From Bacteroidales bacterium (GTDB lineage: Bacteria > Bacteroidota > Bacteroidia > Bacteroidales > VadinHA17), in contig DATKUO010000139.1 of assembly GCA_035530515.1 (NCBI GenBank), forward strand, positions 1,917 through 65,916: a DNA stretch of 64,000 nucleotides, read 5' to 3'. Shown here in pieces: positions 26,483 to 34,170 of the stretch. Under the pieces are notes generated by a model. That model made no database searches and was not told the origin of the DNA. It was given only the letters and a program-made list of their open reading frames with translations. Within the stretch, counting starts at the first letter, position 1. Every line of letters begins with the position of its first letter. Position numbers and translations under genes: made by a program.

Positions 26483-26745
26483 TTGGATCAGGCAGACCAT
26501 TTCAATTTGCCTGCTTTCAGGAGTAAAGGATTGCTTCGTCGTTTCACTCCTCGCAATGACCGGTGTCCTTTATCAAGTTTAGTACAATCTCCTAACCAGT
26601 CTAATTTACCAGCATTGTCATTGCGAGCCCGACGCAGGGGGGCGCGGCAATCTTACGCTCAAATTTACTGAACCTGATCACCTTCTCAGCCGTTGAGCCG
26701 TCACTCCCTTTGACCACCGTAGCCTTAGCGAAGGTGGTGTGCGCC
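26483..26745. repeat. GC-rich repeat-bearing spacer with an inverted pair of GTCATTGCGAG...GCAATC units and further hairpins
   Basis: Unit A, GGATTGCTTCGTCGTTTCACTCCTCGCAATGACC (26528-26561), has as its reverse complement GTCATTGCGAGGAGTGAAACGACGAAGCAATC. This parallels unit B, GTCATTGCGAGCCCGACGCAGGGGGGCGCGGCAATC (26617-26652). Two more hairpins are CAGGCA-N13-TGCCTG (26489-26513) and CCACC-N14-GGTGG (26714-26737). The spacer is markedly more GC-rich than its surroundings. Confidence 0.8.
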
Positions 26746-28008
26746 CTATTCATCTCTTATCGCTGTAATCCCGGGCAGTTTCTTTCCCTCTAAATACTCA
26801 AGCATTGCGCCACCACCTGTTGAGACATAACTGACTTTATCAGCAAGTCCATTTTTGTTGATTGCAGCAACCGAGTCACCGCCTCCAATAAGACTGTAAG
26901 CTCCTTTAGAAGTAGCTTCAGCTATTGCTTTTGCAATAGCAGTTGTGCCTTTTGAAAATTTTTCCATCTCAAACACACCCATCGGTCCGTTCCAAAGAAT
27001 AGTTTTTGAATTTTCAATGACCGAAGAAAATTCCTTAATAGTTTTTTCAGCTATATCCAGACCCAGCCATCCGTCTTCAACAGCATCTACATCAGTAATG
27101 GATATATTGGCTTCATTATCAAACTTATCTGCATTTAAACTATCAACAGGCAGATAGAGATTTACTTTCTTTTCTTTAGCCTTTTCAATAAGTCTCAGAG
27201 CCAGGTCAAGTTTATCTTCTTCACAAAGTGAGTTGCCTATCTTTCCACCCATAGCCTTAATAAAAGTATATGTCATACCTCCGCCTATAATAAGATTATC
27301 AACCCTGTTAAGAAGGTTTTCGATAAGTAATATCTTATCCGACACCTTTGCGCCTCCCATAATTGCAGTAAAGGGCTTCTGTGAATTATTTAACACCTTG
27401 TCCATTGCAGCTAGTTCGCTGTTAATGAGATACCCAAACATTCTCTTATCATAATTGAAATAATCAGCTATAACGGCAGTGGTAACATGTGCACGATGGG
27501 CAGTCCCAAATGCGTCATTGACATATATTTCAGCATAACCAGATAGTTTTTTTGCCATCTCTTTCTGTCTGATCTTCATCTCTGCTTTTGCAGCTTTCTT
27601 CTCTTCATCTGTAACTGTCTCAGGCAGGATTGGTTTTCCCTCCTCTTCAGGATAAAACCGGACATTCTCAAGAAGCAGAATCTCCCCTGGCTTCATTGCT
27701 GCAGCCAATCTCTCTGTTGACTCTCCAAGGCAATCGTCGGCAAACATTACCTTTTTCCCAAGGTGTTTTTCAAGCACAGGCAGAACAGGTTTCAATGAAT
27801 ATTTTTCCATAGGTCCCTGAGGCCTTCCGAGATGCGACATAAGAATCAATGAGCCACCGTCTTCTATGATCTTGTTAATTGTCTTCAATGCTCCTCTGAT
27901 GCGTGTATCATCGGTCACTTCAAAAGTTTTTTTATCAAGGGGCACATTAAAATCCACCCTGACTATTGCCTTTTTCCCTTTGAAATTAAAGTCCTGAATC
28001 ATTTTCAT
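26746..28008 (-). CDS. pgk: phosphoglycerate kinase
   Basis: 420-aa ORF with RVDFNVPL at the N-terminus, the HLGRP motif and the C-terminal STGGGA(M)LEYLEGK motif. Confidence 0.95.
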   Translation of the reverse strand: MKMIQDFNFKGKKAIVRVDFNVPLDKKTFEVTDDTRIRGALKTINKIIEDGGSLILMSHLGRPQGPMEKYSLKPVLPVLEKHLGKKVMFADDCLGESTERLAAAMKPGEILLLENVRFYPEEEGKPILPETVTDEEKKAAKAEMKIRQKEMAKKLSGYAEIYVNDAFGTAHRAHVTTAVIADYFNYDKRMFGYLINSELAAMDKVLNNSQKPFTAIMGGAKVSDKILLIENLLNRVDNLIIGGGMTYTFIKAMGGKIGNSLCEEDKLDLALRLIEKAKEKKVNLYLPVDSLNADKFDNEANISITDVDAVEDGWLGLDIAEKTIKEFSSVIENSKTILWNGPMGVFEMEKFSKGTTAIAKAIAEATSKGAYSLIGGGDSVAAINKNGLADKVSYVSTGGGAMLEYLEGKKLPGITAIRDE

Positions 28009-28153
28009 TTTCCCTGTATTTTTATTTGACTAAATAATTTTTCTTATACAAACCTACTGCTTTTTTTGAAATATTCATTTAACGCTATCTGAACTTATCA
28101 TCACTTTTAATGTTTCACCTTCATAAATTATTGATTAAATTTGAAAAAAAATT

Positions 28154-28651
28154 ATGGCAAAAATTACATTTAAAGGAACTCCTGTAAATACATCTGGAAA
28201 CCTTCCCTTAATAGGGAGTAAGGCCCCCGATTTTTTACTTGTTAAATCTGACCTGTCAACCCTTTCTCTTGCTGAGCTTAAGGGGAAAAAACTGATCCTG
28301 AGCATTTCTCCAAGTTTTGACACTTCAATATGCGCAACCTCTGTACGTAAATTCAACCAGGTAGCAGCAGAAAAATCAAACACGATGGTTCTTGCAATAA
28401 CGAAGGATCTTCCATTTGCTCATGGTCGATTCTGCACTACTGAAGGGATTACCAATGTTGTTTCCCTTTCAGGATTCCGCGATACAGCCTTTGGCAAATC
28501 TTATGGCGTCGAAATCATAGACGGACCATTTACAGGGCTCTATGCACGCGGTATTGTTGTTGTTGATGAAAACGGGATTGTCACTCATTCACAGCTTGTT
28601 CCTGAGATAGCCCAGGAAGCTGATTATGATTCAGCTCTTGCAGCTTTATAA
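28154..28651 (+). CDS. tpx: thiol peroxidase (atypical 2-Cys peroxiredoxin)
   Basis: 165-aa ORF. The peroxidatic Cys lies in SPSFDTSICATS and the resolving Cys in FCTTEG. Length is typical of Tpx. Confidence 0.9.
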   Translation: MAKITFKGTPVNTSGNLPLIGSKAPDFLLVKSDLSTLSLAELKGKKLILSISPSFDTSICATSVRKFNQVAAEKSNTMVLAITKDLPFAHGRFCTTEGITNVVSLSGFRDTAFGKSYGVEIIDGPFTGLYARGIVVVDENGIVTHSQLVPEIAQEADYDSALAAL

Positions 28652-28705
28652 AAAGTCGGGAAACAATATTTATTTTGTATTTCCTCAGGGGAAAATAATT
28701 AGAAG

Positions 28706-29833
28706 ATGAATTTTTCACAGATACCTGGGCAAAAAGAGATTATTAAAAAACTTGTAAGGTCAGTTCATGACGAGAGAGTCAGCCATGCACAGATATTTGC
28801 AGGTCGTGCAGGATGTGGTAGTATGGCTCTGGCTCTTGCTTATGCCAGGCTTATAAGCTGTGAGAACCCTTCAGAAGATGACTCTTGTGGCGTCTGTAAG
28901 TCGTGTGTTAAATATGAAAAGTTAATCCATCCCGATCTGCATTTTGTTTATCCTGTTATAAAAGGGAAAAAAGCTTCAGACCCTGTAAGTAATAATTATA
29001 TAGAGGAATGGAGAGAATTTGTAAAAAAGTCTCCATATTTCACTATTAATAACTGGCTCAATTCTATAGAAGTTGGTAATGCCCAGGGTATGATCTTTGC
29101 TTCGGAAGCTTCTGAGATCATTAAAAAACTGAGTCTAAAAACTTTCGAATCAGAGTTTAAAATAATGATTATCTGGCTGCCCGAAAAAATGCATCAGGCA
29201 ACTGCTAATAAGCTTCTTAAAATGATTGAGGAGCCACCTGAAAAAACACTCTTTCTGCTCGTTTCAGAAGAGCCGGATAAGATTATCCCTACTATACTTT
29301 CGAGATGTCAGCTTGTAAAAATCCCCTCCTTCAGCAATCACGATATTGAACATTATCTCATGCAACGATTTAGTATTACCGAAGAAAAAGCTGTCGATAT
29401 TTCACGTGTTTCTAATGGTAATTTAACATGGGCTATTGAATTATGCGAAGACGAAACCTCTTCTCTGTTTAACCTTGACCGTTTTAAGAGTCTTATGAGA
29501 TTTGCATGGAAACGCGATATAATTTCTATCATTGGCTGGTCGGAAGAGATTGCTGCCACCGGAAGGGAGGCGCAAAAAAACTTCATCTCATTTTCTCTGA
29601 GAATACTCAGGGAAAACCTGATGTTGTCGCTCGATCAGATGAAAAACAAACTTGTATTTCTTGCCGGTGAAGAGGCCGCTTTCTCCGGAAACTTCCACCC
29701 CTTTATCAATCAGAATAATATCTATCCATTGACAGACGAATTTAACCTTGTCTATTCACATGTTGAAGCAAACGGGAATGCCAAGATAATCTTTCTTGAC
29801 CTTGCATTAAAAGTAACCAGACTCATCCGCTGA
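28706..29833 (+). CDS. holB: DNA polymerase III subunit delta' (clamp-loader AAA+ subunit)
   Basis: 375-aa ORF with HAQIFAGRAGCGSMALALAYA, the Zn module CGVCKSCVK, the sensor region SRCQ and LLKMIEEPP. Confidence 0.8.
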   Translation: MNFSQIPGQKEIIKKLVRSVHDERVSHAQIFAGRAGCGSMALALAYARLISCENPSEDDSCGVCKSCVKYEKLIHPDLHFVYPVIKGKKASDPVSNNYIEEWREFVKKSPYFTINNWLNSIEVGNAQGMIFASEASEIIKKLSLKTFESEFKIMIIWLPEKMHQATANKLLKMIEEPPEKTLFLLVSEEPDKIIPTILSRCQLVKIPSFSNHDIEHYLMQRFSITEEKAVDISRVSNGNLTWAIELCEDETSSLFNLDRFKSLMRFAWKRDIISIIGWSEEIAATGREAQKNFISFSLRILRENLMLSLDQMKNKLVFLAGEEAAFSGNFHPFINQNNIYPLTDEFNLVYSHVEANGNAKIIFLDLALKVTRLIR

Positions 29834-29907
29834 TCCATATACCGATAGTTGAATTAATACTTTAATTCACTATTTTTGTGGAATAATTAAAGAAGCATAG
29901 GATTTAT

Positions 29908-31059
29908 ATGACAGATAATGATGATTTTCAAGGGCAACCCGAGGAAGAGATCCGGATGCCTGATATTACATATAAGCCAGGATATAATAAATTAGATGCT
30001 TTCAACTGGCTAAAAGATCTGCCCGATGTTCCGGGGGAAAATGAGATAGTAGAAATCCGATTTAAAAATACACGTAAAGGATTTTACAGGAATGTTAATA
30101 ACCTACGGTTGGAGATCGGTGATGTTGTTGCAGTAGAAGCTTCACCCGGACATGATATCGGAAGAGTTTCGATGGTTGGCCATCTGGTAGATGAACAGAT
30201 GAAAAGACTCAAGGCTCATCCCTCAGCCGATGACATGAAAAAAGTATATCGAAAAGCGAAAGTCGTTGATATTCAAAAGTGGGAAGAAGCAAAAAAACTT
30301 GAGACTACTACTATGCTTCGGTCCAGAAAGATCTCTGAAGAGCTGAAGCTTAACATGAAGATTGGAGATGTTGAATACCAGGGAGATAAGACAAAGGCTA
30401 TCTTCTTTTATATTGCAGATGAAAGAGTAGATTTTCGTCAGCTAATTAAAGTGCTGGCTGATGAATTCAGGATAAGAATAGAGATGCGTCAGATTGGCGC
30501 CCGCCAGGAAGCAGGTAGAATTGGAGGGATAGGTTCATGTGGACGGGAACTCTGCTGTTCAACATATATCACCAATTTTATTTCTGTTTCAACAACTCAT
30601 GCTAAATATCAGGAATTATCCCTGAACCCCCAAAAACTCGCCGGGCAATGTAGTAAACTGAAATGCTGCCTCAATTTTGAACTCGATTGCTACGTTGATG
30701 CTCAGAGATCATTTCCTCAAAGAGATATACCTCTTGAAGCACTTGACTGTACAGCATATTTCCAGAAAATGGAAGTCCATAAAGGAGTGTACTGGTATTC
30801 AACTGATCAACATTCAACAGCTAACTTAATATCTCTGACGGTTCAAAGGGTAAGAGAGATTCAGGCAATTAACAGAAAAGGAACAAAAGTAGACCATCTT
30901 CAGGTTTTAAGTGAAGTACGTGATTCTGCTCCTGTTTCACAGGACCTTTTGAAGAATAATAGCCTTACACGGTTCGACCCTCCTGATAATAAAGGCCAGA
31001 ATAACAGGAACTCAAACAGAAGAAAAAACAAAAGATTCAATGATAAAAGGAATAAATAA
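29908..31059 (+). CDS. PSP1 domain protein (RicT/YaaT-like)
   Basis: 383-aa ORF. The PSP1 C-terminal domain pattern is RIEMRQIGARQEAGRIGGIGSCGRELCCSTY..CSKLKCCLNFE. It follows holB, as in many bacteria. Confidence 0.8.
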   Translation: MTDNDDFQGQPEEEIRMPDITYKPGYNKLDAFNWLKDLPDVPGENEIVEIRFKNTRKGFYRNVNNLRLEIGDVVAVEASPGHDIGRVSMVGHLVDEQMKRLKAHPSADDMKKVYRKAKVVDIQKWEEAKKLETTTMLRSRKISEELKLNMKIGDVEYQGDKTKAIFFYIADERVDFRQLIKVLADEFRIRIEMRQIGARQEAGRIGGIGSCGRELCCSTYITNFISVSTTHAKYQELSLNPQKLAGQCSKLKCCLNFELDCYVDAQRSFPQRDIPLEALDCTAYFQKMEVHKGVYWYSTDQHSTANLISLTVQRVREIQAINRKGTKVDHLQVLSEVRDSAPVSQDLLKNNSLTRFDPPDNKGQNNRNSNRRKNKRFNDKRNK

Positions 31060-31522
31060 ATATTCATTCGTTTTAATATTGATCTCCTCAATTTTACTGA
31101 CATCCTGCAACAGTAACGTTATATATACCGATTCTCAGGTAATGGCTGAAAAAACCTGGGGATTATTCGATTCGCCTGTTTTTAAAATACCTGTAAATGA
31201 TACAATTAACAGTAATAATGTACTTTTTTTTATCAGAACCGGATCATCATATCCCTATCGGAATATCTTCCTATTTGTTACTGCAACCTCCCCGGATGGC
31301 ACAAGCATAACAGATACCCTTCAATATTATCTTGCAGATGAAAAGGGGAAATGGTATGGTAAAGGATTCGGCGACATACACGAGCTTAATCTTCCATATA
31401 AATCAAATGTATATTTCCCGCTTAAAGGTACATATCAATTTAAAATTCAACATGGAATGCGGGATGAAGATCTTAAAGATGTCTATGACTTTGGGTTGAA
31501 AATAGAAAAAATCCGTAAATAA
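31040..31522 (+). CDS. gldH: gliding motility lipoprotein GldH
   Basis: 160-aa ORF with lipobox LLTSC. WGLFDSPVFKIPVNDT...YPYRNIFLFV...YYLADEKGKWYGKGFGD matches my recollection of the GldH family. The position after the PSP1 gene is the usual Bacteroidota synteny. Confidence 0.75.
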   Translation: MIKGINKYSFVLILISSILLTSCNSNVIYTDSQVMAEKTWGLFDSPVFKIPVNDTINSNNVLFFIRTGSSYPYRNIFLFVTATSPDGTSITDTLQYYLADEKGKWYGKGFGDIHELNLPYKSNVYFPLKGTYQFKIQHGMRDEDLKDVYDFGLKIEKIRK

Positions 31523-31532
31523 ATTTCCGGAA

Positions 31533-32246
31533 GTGGGAAAGAATAAACTTGCCAAATGGATTGAGTTTTCAGCATTCGATAATGTTATCCAACCCGAAAT
31601 CGGAGATGTTTCTGGCAAAAACCACCCTGTAAAAGGGAGATGGAATAATCAGATCTTCAGAAATGAAAAGCCAATAATTCTAGAGCTTGGATGTGGAAAA
31701 GGAGAATACACAGTTGGACTGGCTAATAAATTTCCTGATCATAATTTTATCGGAATTGACATAAAAGGAGCCCGTATGTGGAGAGGAGCCAAAACAGCCA
31801 GTGAACAGAAGCTGCCAAATGTTGCCTTCCTACGAACAAGAATTGAGTTTATTAATTCATTCTTCTCCACTAATGAAGTTGATGAAATCTGGCTTACCTT
31901 TCCTGACCCTCACCCGGGAGGGAGAAATTCAAACAAGAGACTTACATCCCCCAGATTCCTCAATTCATACCGCTTCTTGCTGAAAGACAAAGGATTGATA
32001 CATCTTAAAACAGATAATACCGAGCTCTTTGAGTATACAAAAAAAGTTGTACTACATAATAATCTGGATATTATCTTTTCGACCAGCGATCTCTATTCAG
32101 AAAACTTACATGATGACATCCTTTCAATTAAAACACACTATGAAAAGTTATTTATGAAGGAAGGATTATTAATTAACTATATCTGTTTCAGACTGGATAT
32201 AGAAAATATTATTGAAGATGACTCACCAAAAGCAAAAAGCAAATAA
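31533..32246 (+). CDS. trmB: tRNA (guanine46-N7)-methyltransferase
   Basis: 237-aa ORF with a GTG start, SAM motif LELGCGKGEYT, and FPDPH..KRL typical of TrmB. Confidence 0.85.
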   Translation: MGKNKLAKWIEFSAFDNVIQPEIGDVSGKNHPVKGRWNNQIFRNEKPIILELGCGKGEYTVGLANKFPDHNFIGIDIKGARMWRGAKTASEQKLPNVAFLRTRIEFINSFFSTNEVDEIWLTFPDPHPGGRNSNKRLTSPRFLNSYRFLLKDKGLIHLKTDNTELFEYTKKVVLHNNLDIIFSTSDLYSENLHDDILSIKTHYEKLFMKEGLLINYICFRLDIENIIEDDSPKAKSK

Positions 32247-32568
32247 CGACTTTTTCTCAAAGGTTTATGAAGTCACATTGCTCATACCTTATGGAAGAAT
32301 TACCTCGTATGGAGCTATTGCCCGATTTCTAGGTTCAGGAAAGTCAGCCCGTATGGTAGGTTGGGCTCTCAATGCATGCCATAACAACAATGAATTTATC
32401 CCGGCCCACAGAGTTGTTAACCGCAATGGACTGTTAACTGGGAAACACCATTTTGGTAATTCCTCAACCATGAAACAACTACTCGAAAACGAAGGAATCA
32501 TTATTGAAGATGACCGCATCATAAACTTCAGAGAAAAATTCTGGGACCCCCTTACAGAAGTGAAGTAG
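32212..32568 (+). CDS. MGMT-family DNA-binding protein lacking the acceptor cysteine (alkyltransferase-like, ATL)
   Basis: 118-aa ORF. IPYGRITSYGAIA, the helix-turn-helix region and IPAHRVVN stand where active methyltransferases have PCHRV. The 5' end overlaps trmB by 35 nt, or 29 nt if the Met at 32218 is used. Confidence 0.75.
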   Translation: MKMTHQKQKANNDFFSKVYEVTLLIPYGRITSYGAIARFLGSGKSARMVGWALNACHNNNEFIPAHRVVNRNGLLTGKHHFGNSSTMKQLLENEGIIIEDDRIINFREKFWDPLTEVK

Positions 32569-32572
32569 ATAT

Positions 32573-32751
32573 TTTGCAATCTGCTAAAAATGTGTTAAAA
32601 TTGCACCTTCTTTATATTTAAATTAAATAAAAATAACAACTTATTGCGGGTGCAGATGTTTAACCCATATGCATATCGCTGGTGCAGATTTGTAATCCGT
32701 ACCGTAACAGACAAAAAATATTAAGCATGGATTGCAAATCCGCGCTACCAC
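32573..32751. repeat. four copies of a REP-like element (GGTGCAGATTTGYAATCC family) in mixed orientation
   Basis: The copies are TTTGCAATCTGC (32573-32584, inverted), GGGTGCAGATGTTTAACCC (32648-32666), GGTGCAGATTTGTAATCC (32681-32698) and GGATTGCAAATCCGCGCTACCAC (32729-32751, inverted). The last contains the palindrome GGATT-GCA-AATCC. The last two copies can pair as an imperfect long hairpin. Confidence 0.75.
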
Positions 32752-32777
32752 AAATAAAATTTTAATTTAATTTTATA

Positions 32778-33881
32778 ATGATTTCAAAAGAACAAATATT
32801 AGAAGCCCTTTCAAAGGTTATTCATCCGGAGAGAAAGAGCGATATAGTTTCACTTGGAATGATTTCTGAAATTGATTCGAGTGACAGCGGGATTTCCCTG
32901 ACAATAACTCCAGAAAAATCAAATGATCCATTTATCTCATCAATAAAGAGTACAATAGTTAAGACATTAAAAGAAGATCTTGGACCCAATACAGTTATCA
33001 ACGAAATTATTATTCAACCGAAGGTGATTGTTGGTAAGCAACAGGAAAAACAACGGGAAATATTACCGGAAGTTACAAATATTATAGCTGTCTCTTCAGG
33101 AAAAGGAGGTGTAGGAAAGACAACAATAGCTGTTAACCTGGCTATTTCGCTGGCTAAGATGGGATATAGTGTCGGACTATTGGATGCTGATGTCTTTGGA
33201 CCATCAGTTCCAAAAATGTTCGATGAGGAAAAATTCAGACCTGAGGTAAGAAGGGAAAATGATATTGATTTTATAATTCCATTAACAAAATATGGCGTTA
33301 AAGTTCTTTCAACCGGTTTTTTTGTTGATCCGGCAGATGCAGTTGTCTGGAGAGGACCAATGGCTTCAAATTTTCTTAAACAACTTATTACCCAGGGCGA
33401 ATGGGGTGCTCTCGACTACCTTCTGGTCGATCTCCCTCCTGGCACAAGCGACATTCATCTGACTCTGGTGCAAGAGGTTCCTGTAACTGGAGCAATCGTT
33501 GTCACCACACCTCAGGATGTTGCTTTAGCCGATGCTATTAAAGGAATTTCAATGTTCCGGAGCGATAAAATTGATGTGCCCGTAATTGGACTAGTCGAAA
33601 ATATGTCATGGTTTACTCCTGCCGAACTTCCGAAAAATAAATATTATATTTTTGGAAAAGAAGGAGGTAAAAAACTTGCTGAAAAAATGAAAGTTCCACT
33701 GCTGGGACAAATTCCTCTGGTCCAGAGCATCTGTGAAGGAAGTGATAATGGTAAGCCGGTGGCTCTTGGAGATTCAGTGACAGGAGATGCATTTATGAAG
33801 CTGGCCGGTGAGATGATTGAACGGGTAGATCAAAGGAACAAAGATCATAGTCCAACTGTTAAACTACAGATAACTAAATAA
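32778..33881 (+). CDS. apbC: Mrp/NBP35 family iron-sulfur cluster carrier ATPase (ApbC)
   Basis: 367-aa ORF with an N-terminal DUF59-like domain, the deviant Walker A SGKGGVGKTT, and the LLVDLPPGTSD motif. Confidence 0.9.
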   Translation: MISKEQILEALSKVIHPERKSDIVSLGMISEIDSSDSGISLTITPEKSNDPFISSIKSTIVKTLKEDLGPNTVINEIIIQPKVIVGKQQEKQREILPEVTNIIAVSSGKGGVGKTTIAVNLAISLAKMGYSVGLLDADVFGPSVPKMFDEEKFRPEVRRENDIDFIIPLTKYGVKVLSTGFFVDPADAVVWRGPMASNFLKQLITQGEWGALDYLLVDLPPGTSDIHLTLVQEVPVTGAIVVTTPQDVALADAIKGISMFRSDKIDVPVIGLVENMSWFTPAELPKNKYYIFGKEGGKKLAEKMKVPLLGQIPLVQSICEGSDNGKPVALGDSVTGDAFMKLAGEMIERVDQRNKDHSPTVKLQITK

Positions 33882-33889
33882 ATTTCAAT

Positions 33890-34129
33890 ATGACAGATAT
33901 AAACAGCATAAGAGAGCGCGTTTTTAAGGCTTTGGAAAAAGTAAGACCTTATCTTCAGTCGGACGGCGGCGACATAGACCTTATTGATGTAACTGACGAT
34001 ATGACTGTTAAGGTAAAACTTACAGGTGCATGTAATGGTTGCCCCTACAGCATGCAGACATTAAAGGCAGGAGTTGAACAGGCAGTTATGAAAGAAGTTC
34101 CCGAAATAAAGAGAGTAATTTCTGCCTGA
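33890..34129 (+). CDS. NifU C-terminal domain protein (Fe-S scaffold/carrier)
   Basis: 79-aa ORF. LQSDGGDIDLIDV...LTGACNGCPYS carries the CxxC motif of Nfu/NifU_C. Confidence 0.85.
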   Translation: MTDINSIRERVFKALEKVRPYLQSDGGDIDLIDVTDDMTVKVKLTGACNGCPYSMQTLKAGVEQAVMKEVPEIKRVISA

Positions 34130-34154
34130 TAACGCACATCATCCCATTTTTATC

Positions 34155-34162
34155 TACCTTTG
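34155..34162 (+). promoter_or_regulatory. candidate Bacteroidota sigma-A -7 element (TAnnTTTG) upstream of porW/sprE
   Basis: TACCTTTG matches the published Bacteroidetes -7 consensus TAnnTTTG. No clear -33 TTTG element is visible, so this is a weak call. Confidence 0.25.
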
Positions 34163-34170
34163 AAATACTA

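Noticed and set aside
26483-26671. 62-aa + strand ORF (..RSKGLLRRFTPRNDRCPLSS..RARRRGARQS..) in the GC-rich spacer
   Set aside because: It is read through the GTCATTGCGAG/GCAATC repeat units. Arg-rich peptides of this kind are a known artefact of these repeats.
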